Source: Candidatus Latescibacterota bacterium (GTDB lineage: Bacteria > Latescibacterota > UBA2968 > UBA8231). Taken from it: a stretch of 64,000 nucleotides of DNA. The position numbers were made by a program, and so were the translations under genes. Where the stretch lies: assembly GCA_965242865.1 (NCBI GenBank), contig CBDETK010000013.1:1280001-1344000 (forward strand), given 5' to 3'. How positions within the stretch are numbered: the first letter of the stretch is position 1; each line of letters starts with the position of its first letter. Positions 20,801 to 30,350 of the stretch are shown here, piece after piece. The notes under the pieces were generated by a model. That model had not been told where the DNA came from. It did not search any database and saw only the letters and a program-made list of their open reading frames with translations.

Positions 20801-23800
20801 CTAGGCGTTGAGTTCGAGGAGCCGCGCCCGCCAGCGGTAGCGGTAGGGCTTCTTGCGGTTGCCCCGCTCCCCTTCATCAATCTCGTAGTCGAGCAGAAAT
20901 TCGCAAGTGGGGGTGAGGTCGTCCTAGCCGTAGGCATCGAGGATGGCGCGGTCTATGGCGGCATGGAGGTCGCGGAGTTCGGCGATCTGCGGGTCAGTTT
21001 CGTGGGGGTCGTGGAAGCGGTTGTAGGTCTTAGTCATGCCCTCGTCGTTTTGGACCATCAGCGCAGCGCGGAAGTCGTAGTATGCCTTGCCGGCGGCTTC
21101 GAGATCGGGGCGGGTTTCCCAGTTGTCGGGGAAGGGGAAGGTCTCAAAGCAGTCGGACGGGGTGTAGCGGAGTCGGTCTTCCAAGGACGAGCCGAAGAAG
21201 CGCGTCCAGACTTCGTGGGGGCGGGATTGGAGGGCGCAGAAGGCGGCGTGGGTCGTTACTGGAAAGACGATCGTCGAATCTGCGTAAACCATTTCATTGG
21301 GTAGGACTGTGAATGCCGCGTATTGGCCGACACGGGAGATCATCAACACTTGATCCAGATTTGCAATCGTGGCATGCAATCCTTGACGATAGGCCAAAAA
21401 ACGCCACCAATACTTAGCCGCATCACGGTTGATACTGTTCTTTTGCGGCAAGGCGTCCCGTTGAGGCTTCACCCTCTCCTCGACAATCGCCAGCAACTCC
21501 GGCCAGTCCGCCGCCACCGGCTCCGGGTAGTCATGCGGCACGACCGGCTGCCGTCGTAGTTCCCGGCGTCGATCAACGTCCGCGTCCGCCCATGACTCCC
21601 CGACATCCTCCCGCCGCAACGGCCAGTCTCGGAAGTTGATGACGTAGCGATGGTGCGCGTGGGTCGGGCTCGTATTCACTTCCTCGCCGCCGATGTAGGG
21701 GAAGATCGCGTCCTGATTGCGCGGGTTCGTCTCAATGAGCCGCCGCATCTCGGCGAGCGGCGAGGCGACTCCTTTCTTGTCCGTATCGTCAAAGGTGAAG
21801 CCCATGCCGAGGACGTAGCTTCCCACGAAGCTCTTCCTCGCGTTCGACTTGAGCCGCGCCGGATCGTCATGGCCGCCCCGGTGAAAGAGGAACGCGGTGA
21901 TCGTCTCGACCTCATCGTCGTCAATGTATTTCACGCCGGGAAAATGTCCCTTGGCGACGTGAAGTACGCTCACCACCACTGCCGCGGCTCCGGGCCACTT
22001 AACCCGCCGCCGCGCCTGATAGATTTCACCGCCGTGCTCGCAAATCCACCGCAACCCGGTCGAGCGCGTGTCGCCTTGGGCGATGGTGTTAGTGGCAATC
22101 AAACCAAAGGCTCCGTCCTCGCGGATGAGGTCAAACCCTCGCCGAAAAAAGTGCGCCACCAGATCGGCGTTGCCGTGGCTCTCCTCGTGCGCCTGTTTGA
22201 GCCAGTCCGGGTAACGGGCGACATTGGCCGCCGCCACCGTATTCTTTCCCGCAAACGGCGGATTCCCCACCACCGCATCAAACCCCGGATTCTCCCGATC
22301 AAACACCTCCGGAAACTCAAGCTCCCAGTGAAACGGCACCAGCGGCGGGTCTTCCTCGCGCCGCTCGGCCAGCCAACCCCGATAGCAGCCGGCGTTGCCG
22401 CTTGCGACCGCGTCGGCAAACTCAGCGCGTTTGGCTTCCCGCTGCTTGGGTTTAGCCCCCTCAAAGAACGCCGCCAGCACCAAGTCGCCAAATAGCGTTA
22501 CTTGGTCCAATTCGTCGCTGGCATCCTTCCACAATAGCTGCAATTCCCGGTCGGCGACCTCCTCCCCAGCCTCGCGGATGCAGCGGCGCAAAGCCGCCAC
22601 TTTCTCCATTTGTTGATGCACCCGCATCGTCTCAAAGCCGGCGCGAAAGCGCAACGCATCTTCCTTCCAGTGAAACGCTTCAATCTGCTTGCGCGAGAGG
22701 CCGACTAAGGAATCGCCATGGCGCAACTCGTGGTCGAGGAACGTGAGGGGATGATCCTTGGCGAGCGTAACGAGCCACAGAGACAACTTGGCCAAATCCA
22801 CCGCAATCCGATTGCGATCTACGCCATAAATACAACGCTGGGCCACGAGGCGGCGGGCGTAGATCGTTTCGTTTTCGTCGGGCGGAATGGCGGGCGGGCC
22901 GCCGTGAGCATGCCAAGCCCGGATCAAAGCCTCGGCGAGCTGGCGGCACGTCTCGACCAAGAACGCCCCAGACCCCATGGCCAAATCGCAGACCTTGAGA
23001 TCGAGAATTTGCTCGGGACGCGGTGCTTGGCCATCCACACCGCGCAGACGCTCTAAGATGGGTTTGAGGGTGGTGCGAACAATCGGCTCGGTGAGCACAC
23101 GCGGCGTGTAGTGCGAGCCGGAGCGACGCCGCGCTTCGCTGGGCTGGAGCACCATCGCCCTCGGCGGAATGAGATCGGGCGTGGCGATCTTGTCGAGCAG
23201 TGGATCGAGGGCCAAATGCAGGTCGTCGAGCGTAGCCGCAGCCTTGACCCCCTTCTTGGCCCTGTCCGGCAGCTTGCGGTCCGTGCGGTCGCGGAGCCAT
23301 TTCTCGCGCTGGGACGGCGTTTCGCCGAGCAGCTCCTTGAGATTGATAGTCGTCGGTGCCCCGTGCTTCTTCGGAGCCTTGATCGCCGCCGAGTGGCCAA
23401 GCGCGATCTCCAAGCGGAACCCCATCATCGTCTCGTACACCGAGCCGATTTGCTCCACGTCCAGCGCGCGATAGGAAATGCGCTCGCCAGCGAGCACAAA
23501 GAGCTTTTCGAGGGCGCGGTAAATCGTGCCATCGGGAACGAGCGGCGGTTCAATCCGCTCGTGAATTTGGCGTCCCCCGCTTCCCGCACGGCCTTCGAGG
23601 AACTTGAAGCGATCGGGATCAAACAGGGCACCATGGCGCTGCGGCAAATGCAACCCATCGGCCTCGGCCCCATCGTGAATCATGCGGAACAGCACCAACA
23701 ACTGCGCCCAAGCCCCATAGCGCTGGTCCATGGTGTCGGGGTAAAGGGCCGCGTCGTCGCGCAGCCGCTCATAGAGCGCGGCAATGGAGTAGTGGCGCAC

Positions 23801-24745
23801 AAAGGTCTCGTCCTCGGGCAGCATGTCGCGTTCCTCGGCGTAGAGCAGAAAAACCAATCGCAGAATCACGGTCAGCAACGCCTGATACACGTCGTCGGGA
23901 TCCTCGCGCAACGGCTCTTGCAGAAGCTCGCCGCGCGAGGCGTCGTGCGCCGCTTGGAAGCCGCGTAGCAGTTCGTAAAGGGCGTGCAAGACCTGCTCGG
24001 ACAAACGCTCGCTGACTTCGTTTTGGTACTTGCGGCTTTCTTCAAGCAGGTGCGCGAGGCGTTGGTGCGATGGCAGCGTGAGCAGGCGCGACTGGCTCAA
24101 GAGCAGGCGCAAGGCAGCGCAGATGGGCCGCCCGGCGGTCGCGAGCATGTCGGCGACCTCAAAGTCCAGCCAGCCCGAGCTTTCGCCGTGCGGTGCCGAG
24201 ATGAGACGCAGCGCGCGGCCGTTGAAGAGCAGCCCGGCCGGAACGGTCGTGGCGCGTAGCAACCGCTCCATGCGGCCATGGGGCGACGCTTCCAGCCCGC
24301 CCCGCACGGGATCGACGCGGTCGAAGCCTTGACCGGGGTCGAGCACCTGCACGAGGAGCTGCCAAGGCGATTGGCCCTCGCCGGGATTCAGCTCGCGGAC
24401 GGCATACGTTGGGCGCAAGGTCTCGGCATAGTCCGGGAGAGCGACTTCGAGCTTGGAAGGAATCGGGTTTTCGTCCGTCCCGGCGTAGCCCTTGGGCGAG
24501 AAGTTCCAGCCGAGTACCAAACGGGCAAAGGCCCGAAAGTCCGGCAAGTAGGGCTGAGGCGCTGGGCCGGGCTCAAACGCGCGCTCTTGGACGCAGGCCC
24601 TCAGCCGGTCCTGTCCTTCGGCGTCGTGGCGGTTCAAGATCGCGTCCGCCTTGGCCAAGGTCGCCGCAGAGACGACCAAGCCCGTGGGCCGGACAAAGCC
24701 CAGCCATTCGAGGTGCGCGGCGATATTCGGGTCGATTTTGGCCAT
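20801..24745 (-). CDS. drmMI: DISARM class I-type adenine methyltransferase (DrmMI/Eco57I-like), premature TAG at 20924-20926
   Basis: HLEWLGFVRP, GSHYTPR, DLAMGSGAFL, GNPPF; the frame continues past AYG* as DDLTPTCEFLLDYE..KKPYRYRW..ARLLELNA*. Confidence 0.78.
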
Positions 24746-24750
24746 GGCGG

Positions 24751-27348
24751 TCAGTTCGTCTCCGGCCAGAGATAGATCAAGCCCACCGGCTCGACGCGCT
24801 GGGCGCGGACCTCGTAAAAGGCGCGGATGCGCTTAGGCTCTCGCTCCAAGTCGCTGTCGAATTGCTCGAGGCGGCGACGCCAAGCGGTCATGTTGGCTTG
24901 CAGTTGTCGCTTTTCTTCGGCGTCGAAGCCCAAAGTCAGTTGAGCGGGTTGGCGTTCGTGTCTGTCCAGTTCTGCGCGGATGTGGTCGCGCTGGTGTTCC
25001 AAGGTGGCGCGGAGATTGGCCGCCTCTTCTTGGCCCCGGCAGCGGAGTTTATTCATAGCGGCCATGGCCAATTTCGCGGCCTGCGGCCGGAGTTGCGGCA
25101 GGAGTTCGTCAATGTCGCGGGGTGCCGCGTTGTCGAGGGACGGAAAGGCCCAGACCGGCCGGCCCTTTTCGTCCTCGCCCCGTTCAAGCGGCGCGGCCCC
25201 GAGCAATTCAAGCGAGCACGAGAGCGCATCGCGGAAGGACGCCGCTTCAAATTTCACCCAATCGCGGGAGGCTTCGAGCACCTCTTGACATTTGGCGATC
25301 TGCGCTTTCAAGTCCTCTTGCCGGTCCCGAGCGGCTTCGAGTTCGTCTTCAACCATGCGCTTGCGCTCCGCATCGAGATCGGCTCGGCCAATTTTTTGTG
25401 CGATCTGGTCGGCCTCCCCGTGCGGGATTCCCCCTTTAAGGTGTCGTTCAATATCGTCGTTGATCACCTTGGCGAGGCTACCGAGTTCCCGCTTGATGGT
25501 CTCGGTCTTGCGGACCAAGACTTCGAGGACGTGGTCTTCGGCGCGTTGGGACAGGACGAAGTAGTGGCAGCGGACCTCGTGGGCCGGTTGGAGCTTGCGG
25601 TCAATGCGGCCATTGCGTTGCTCAATGCGGCCGGGATTCCAAGGCAGGTCAAAGTGGAACAGGTCCGTGCAGTGGGCCTGAAAGTTGAGGCCCTCGCGGG
25701 CGGCGTCGGTGGCCAGCAGGATGCGCAACGGGTCTTTCTTGGGGTCGGCATTGAAGCGACGCTGGACCTCTTTGCGCCGAGCGCCGCTAGTGTGCCCGTC
25801 AATGACCGCGATGCGCTCGTCAGCGCGATCCGTTCTCTCAATCGCCCCATCGAGCATTTCCCGCAAATAGCGCTTGGTCCCCTCGCGGTTTTCCGTAAAG
25901 ATCAGCACTCGGCGGTCATTCCATTGGGCGGGTGCCCCTGCGGACGCTTGGCCGAGGGGCGGCAGAGCGGGACACAAGTTGTCCCGGATCCAGTCAATGA
26001 GCCGCAATACCTTGGCTTCGGGCTGTCCCCGCGCTGCCTCGGCGATCGCCTGCATCCGGTTGAGAAGCGCTTGCTCCCGGTTCCAGAGGGCTTGGGTCAC
26101 TGCATTGCGTTGGGTTTCCGCTTCGGCAAGGGCCGTGCTCGCCTCAATTAGTCTGTTCTCCTCGGCCTCCAGTTCCTCGGGCGTCCACTCGCTGCGCTCG
26201 TCTTCGGCATCCGGCGAGCTCGTGAAGGGACCGGGATCTCTTCGGTCGCCGCCAGAGGATTCATTCGCTCGTTTCCACTGGCGTTCGACGGTCTTGCGGT
26301 GAACCTCAAGGCTGCGTGCGAAAGCCTCGACCGAGGAGAGGAGCCGTTGCTGCAAGCCGATTACGAGAAGGCCCGCTGCCGTTTGGGCCTTTGCCGAGGA
26401 ACTCTGGTGGCGTTGTTTGCGGACCGCGCGGTATTCGTCGAGGAGTTGGGACAAGACGAGTTCTGGAGCGTCTGCGGGAAGGCCGGCGATTTCGATGCGC
26501 TCAACAATGCGCTTGGGGAAGCCGCCCTGAATTTCGCGGAGGTCTTCCTTGAGCCGACGCACCATCACGTCGTCGAGCCCCTGCTTGCCCCGCACCTTGA
26601 CGCCGCGGGTGAAGCGGTAGGGATCGAGCAATTCGAGCAGGGTGGAAAAGCTGTTTGAATGGCCGTTGTGCGGCGTGGCGGACAGGAAGAGCCGGTGCTC
26701 AAAGCGCCCCCCCAAATCGCGCACGGCCCGGGTGAACTTCGTTTCAATGCCGTAGCGTCCGCCGCTCCATGGGGCCGCGTGGTGGGCTTCGTCCAAGATC
26801 AGCAAGCTGCCGGGCCGCATTTCCCCGAGCCATTCTCGCATTGGGTCCGCGTAGGCCGGGTCAATTAGGAGCTTGTGGGAGACTAGGAAGCGGCTGTGGG
26901 TGCGCCAAGGATTGACGCCAAAGCCGCGCTCGCGGCGCATCCGGGTCCAGTAGGCCCGATCGAGAATCTCGAACACGAGGCCGAAGCGCTCCTCCATCTC
27001 GGCTTTCCACTGCTCTAGCACGGAGGGTGGAGCCGCGACTACGAGCGTTTTGGCTTTCTTGCGGAGCAGCAGTTCGCCTGCGATCAGGCCGGCCTCAATG
27101 GTCTTGCCGAGGCCCGTGTCGTCGGCGATGAAGAGGTTGACGCGGGGCAGCCTAAGTGCCTTGTGCAGCGGCTCCATCTGGTAGGCATCGATCTTGATGC
27201 CAGCGCGGAATGGCGCCTGAAAGATGTCCGCGACGGTAGCCGTAACGCAGTTCCAGCGCAGCGTGTGGAGGAACGCCGCGAACTGCCGCGGATCGTCAAA
27301 GCCCTTAGCGGCGAGGTTTTCCCAGCTCTCCTGCTGGAGAATGCCCAA
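24751..27348 (-). CDS. drmD: DISARM SNF2-like helicase DrmD, apparently 5'-truncated
   Basis: FQAPFRAGI, LPRVNLFIADDTGLGKT, DEAHH, SATPHNG, EQRNGRIDR, VEPVGLIYLWP. Confidence 0.82.
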   Translation of the reverse strand: MGILQQESWENLAAKGFDDPRQFAAFLHTLRWNCVTATVADIFQAPFRAGIKIDAYQMEPLHKALRLPRVNLFIADDTGLGKTIEAGLIAGELLLRKKAKTLVVAAPPSVLEQWKAEMEERFGLVFEILDRAYWTRMRRERGFGVNPWRTHSRFLVSHKLLIDPAYADPMREWLGEMRPGSLLILDEAHHAAPWSGGRYGIETKFTRAVRDLGGRFEHRLFLSATPHNGHSNSFSTLLELLDPYRFTRGVKVRGKQGLDDVMVRRLKEDLREIQGGFPKRIVERIEIAGLPADAPELVLSQLLDEYRAVRKQRHQSSSAKAQTAAGLLVIGLQQRLLSSVEAFARSLEVHRKTVERQWKRANESSGGDRRDPGPFTSSPDAEDERSEWTPEELEAEENRLIEASTALAEAETQRNAVTQALWNREQALLNRMQAIAEAARGQPEAKVLRLIDWIRDNLCPALPPLGQASAGAPAQWNDRRVLIFTENREGTKRYLREMLDGAIERTDRADERIAVIDGHTSGARRKEVQRRFNADPKKDPLRILLATDAAREGLNFQAHCTDLFHFDLPWNPGRIEQRNGRIDRKLQPAHEVRCHYFVLSQRAEDHVLEVLVRKTETIKRELGSLAKVINDDIERHLKGGIPHGEADQIAQKIGRADLDAERKRMVEDELEAARDRQEDLKAQIAKCQEVLEASRDWVKFEAASFRDALSCSLELLGAAPLERGEDEKGRPVWAFPSLDNAAPRDIDELLPQLRPQAAKLAMAAMNKLRCRGQEEAANLRATLEHQRDHIRAELDRHERQPAQLTLGFDAEEKRQLQANMTAWRRRLEQFDSDLEREPKRIRAFYEVRAQRVEPVGLIYLWPETN

Positions 27349-27354
27349 GCCGCT

Positions 27355-27470
27355 CTTTTGGCGATCTCCCGCCGAGCCATTATACTATGTCCGACTGCAT
27401 TACCACCCCGAGCTTTTGGCGATCTCCCGCCGAGCCATTATACTATGTCCGACTGCATTACCACCCCGAG
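27355..27470 (+). repeat. Perfect 58-bp tandem duplication containing a sigma-70-like promoter
   Basis: Units 27355-27412 and 27413-27470 are identical; each contains TTGGCG-N17-TATACT. Confidence 0.92.
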
Positions 27471-27495
27471 GCCCCAAGGGCCAACGAGGAAAATC

Positions 27496-28632
27496 ATGTC
27501 CGCTGAGACGTACGGCATTCTGCTGGTCAGCTTTAGCAAACACAGCCACCAGCAGCACTTCGTCCCCCTGTATCAGGCCCATCCCCGCCTGCGCATCATC
27601 AGCGTCGCCGACTATCCCGACATCGACCCGGACTTGCGCCGCTACAACCAGCAATGGGCGAGCCAACTCGGCGTACCGTACTCCGAGCGACTCGACAGGT
27701 CCATCGACAACTCGGCCGTCGATATAGTCAGCGTCGGCTGCGAGATCGAGCGGCGGTCTGACCTCATCACCCGCGCGGCCGGAGCCGGCAAGCACCTGTG
27801 GATCGACAAGTTTCCCGGGGCCACCCTGGCCGAGGCCGAGGCGTCCGCCGCCGTAGTCGAGCACACCCGCGTCCGGGCGATCGTCCCCGGCTACGCCTAC
27901 GGCACCCTCGCCCAGCACACCCGCCAAGTCCTCGCTCGCCGCGACTTGGGCTTCCTGCTCGGCGTCCACGTCGATGTGATGTTCGGCAAGGGCTGGCCGC
28001 GCCCCATACCCCAACGCCGCGCCTTTGTCGCCCCCAACGGCCGGTGGAAATACCCAGATATTAAAAGAGAGCTGCTAACGGTGGGAGCGTATGCCGTCGG
28101 CCTGATCCAAGAATGCCTCAGCCCGATCAGCCACGTCGTCGGCCACGCCGGAGCCTTCTTCTTCCCGGAACACGCCGCCCACGGCTGCGACGACTTTGGC
28201 ACCCTGACTATGATCGATGTGGCCGGCCGCGCGGCCACCTTGTGCGGCGGGCGCATTGGCGCGGCCTCCCATCCCCAAGGCGGACCGGCGCGGGCGTACC
28301 TCATCGGCACCCGCCATAGCGCCATCATCGACGGCAAAAGGCCGGCACTGGACGCCTACTTGCGCGCCCATAGCACCGACTACGACTATCGGCCCAATCC
28401 CCAAGATCCCATGCAGTGGCACGGCGGGCCGCCCGTGCCAACGGCTGCCCTATCCGAGGACGCCGCGGGCCTAGCGGCCGCGCTCGACGATTTGGTCGCC
28501 GCGATCGACGACGACCGACCGCCGCGCTACGATGTGCGCCAAGCGCGGGATTTGATGGAAATTATCCTCGCTGGCTACCGCGCCATCGAGAGCAACGCGG
28601 CCATTAGCTTGCCGCTGGAGCCAGAGCTATGA
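27496..28632 (+). CDS. Gfo/Idh/MocA oxidoreductase
   Basis: AGKHLWIDK motif and family C-terminal pattern; ATG after GAGG. Confidence 0.8.
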   Translation: MSAETYGILLVSFSKHSHQQHFVPLYQAHPRLRIISVADYPDIDPDLRRYNQQWASQLGVPYSERLDRSIDNSAVDIVSVGCEIERRSDLITRAAGAGKHLWIDKFPGATLAEAEASAAVVEHTRVRAIVPGYAYGTLAQHTRQVLARRDLGFLLGVHVDVMFGKGWPRPIPQRRAFVAPNGRWKYPDIKRELLTVGAYAVGLIQECLSPISHVVGHAGAFFFPEHAAHGCDDFGTLTMIDVAGRAATLCGGRIGAASHPQGGPARAYLIGTRHSAIIDGKRPALDAYLRAHSTDYDYRPNPQDPMQWHGGPPVPTAALSEDAAGLAAALDDLVAAIDDDRPPRYDVRQARDLMEIILAGYRAIESNAAISLPLEPEL

Positions 28633-29468
28633 CCATCGCCCTCAGCGCCCATCCCGCCCTCGACCCCCTCGTCGGCCAACTCGCCGCCATCCTGCCGATC
28701 AAGGGCCTGTACTATCCAACTCGTCGGCAAATCCACCCCGACCTGCCTTTTTTTAGCAGCGACTTGCCGACCCTGCTCCAAGCGACTAACCCCCGCGTCT
28801 GCGCGTTCCTCTCGCCTTATGCAGCCCTCCACGACGACGTCCGCACCTGCCTCCAAGCCGGCAGCGCCGTCCTCTGCGCCGGGCCAGTGCCCAAGGCCGA
28901 CCGGCCCATTGCCAGCGGCGGCATCCATCGCGGGTCGCCCCTGTTTGCCAAGGCACAGCAGCAGTGCCGCGATCCGTCGTTTGCCGAGCCGGTCTATTTG
29001 CGCCTCGTGGCCGGCGTCCGCGAGCCGGGATTGCTGCCGGCTTGGTGGGCCGCTTGTCGCCAACTCGCCTTTGCCAGCGACCTGCTCAGCGCACCTCCGA
29101 CCCAAGTACATCTTTGTGCCAACCGCCATGGCCGCGCCTACCAAGTCGTGCTGACCGGCACCACGCCCAGCGGCGCGGCCATCCAGCTAGTCGTCGCGCC
29201 GCAGCCCGCGCTCGCCGAACTGACCTTGCTGGGCCAAGGCGGCGTACTCTCAGCCAGTGCCGCGCACAGCGGGATTACCCTAGCCAGCCCCAAGGGAACC
29301 CACGTCGTGCCCGACGCAACAGCCCCGCCGCCCGAACTGGCGTGGTTGCGCGATTTTTGGCAGGAAAAGAATTCGCCGTGCGAGCATGCAGACGATGGCG
29401 GCCAAGCCCTGCTCGTCGGTCTGCGGCGGGCACTGAGGACGAGCCAGCCGGTTTTGATCGACCTCTGA
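28629..29468 (+). CDS. Divergent Gfo/Idh/MocA-like protein
   Basis: LQAGSAVLCAGP resembles a degenerate AGKHVLxEKP; ATGA-coupled to the previous gene. Confidence 0.55.
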   Translation: MTIALSAHPALDPLVGQLAAILPIKGLYYPTRRQIHPDLPFFSSDLPTLLQATNPRVCAFLSPYAALHDDVRTCLQAGSAVLCAGPVPKADRPIASGGIHRGSPLFAKAQQQCRDPSFAEPVYLRLVAGVREPGLLPAWWAACRQLAFASDLLSAPPTQVHLCANRHGRAYQVVLTGTTPSGAAIQLVVAPQPALAELTLLGQGGVLSASAAHSGITLASPKGTHVVPDATAPPPELAWLRDFWQEKNSPCEHADDGGQALLVGLRRALRTSQPVLIDL

Positions 29469-29614
29469 GCAGCCAGTCAACAAGCGCTCGGCCGGCTTTT
29501 TACCTGCTCGTACCCGCGCGGCTCTTGACAAGATCTTGCATCCCTGCGAATCTCAGAATCTAGGGAATTGCGACTCCCCCTCAACTGATTTGGAGCTAAA
29601 AAAGGCGTGAACGC

Positions 29615-30350
29615 GATGAAAACCTTTAGCGATGAAGAGCTGATTGATCTGTTCAATCGGCAACTACCCGACCTGCTGGACCGCCGCCCCGATCTCGAGC
29701 CGCTGATTTACCAAGGCTTCTTGGGGGCGTTTGCTCGCCGCGAAGAGGTCGCCATGGTGCTGAAGGAGCTACAGGCGTTGCGGGCCGAGATGGACCAACG
29801 CTTTGAGCAAGTAGATCGACGTATCGATGCGTTTCGCGAGGAGGTGAACCAGCGGTTCAAGGAGGTGAACCAGCGGTTCGAGGGAATGGAGCAGCGGTTC
29901 GAGGGAATGGAGCAGCGGTTCGAGGGGATGGAGCAGCGGTTCGAGGGGATGGAGCAGCGGTTCGAGGGGATGGAGCAGCGGTTCGACGAAGTCTTTCGCG
30001 CCATTGATCGGCTGGGGGCGCGCTGGGGCATCCGCAACGAAAGCGTGTTCCGGCGCACCATGGCGGCCTTGTTGGAGGAATCCTTTGGATCCTCGGTCGA
30101 GGAGCGCGTACTGGAGGGCGAACAATTTGACGTGGTCATCGTCGACCAGCAGCATATCCTCGTCGAAATCGCCGCCAGCGTGGGGGCCACGATCCAAGAG
30201 CGTCTGGAGCGCAAGCGTCGGCTGTACACCGAGGCGACCGGGATAGCCCCGGCGCGGATCATTCTCGCCACGGCGAACATCTATAGCTATCGGGCGCAAG
30301 CCTTGCGTCAGTCGGGCATTGAGGTAATCGAACCCGAAGAAGGCACCTAA
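29615..30350 (+). CDS. Coiled-coil repeat protein with C-terminal PD-(D/E)XK-like (DUF3782-like) domain
   Basis: Heptad repeats, then LGARWG...E..FR, FDVVI, LVEI. Confidence 0.75.
29841..29987 (+). repeat. In-frame 21-bp tandem repeat, 7 units
   Basis: Two EVNQRF(K/E) units plus five GMEQRF(E/D) units. Confidence 0.92.

Noticed and set aside
24409-26151. 580-aa + strand ORF
   Set aside because: Antisense to drmD/drmMI with no recognisable domain.
29841-29987. Possible CRISPR array
   Set aside because: Repeats are contiguous, in frame and spacer-less; no cas genes in the window.
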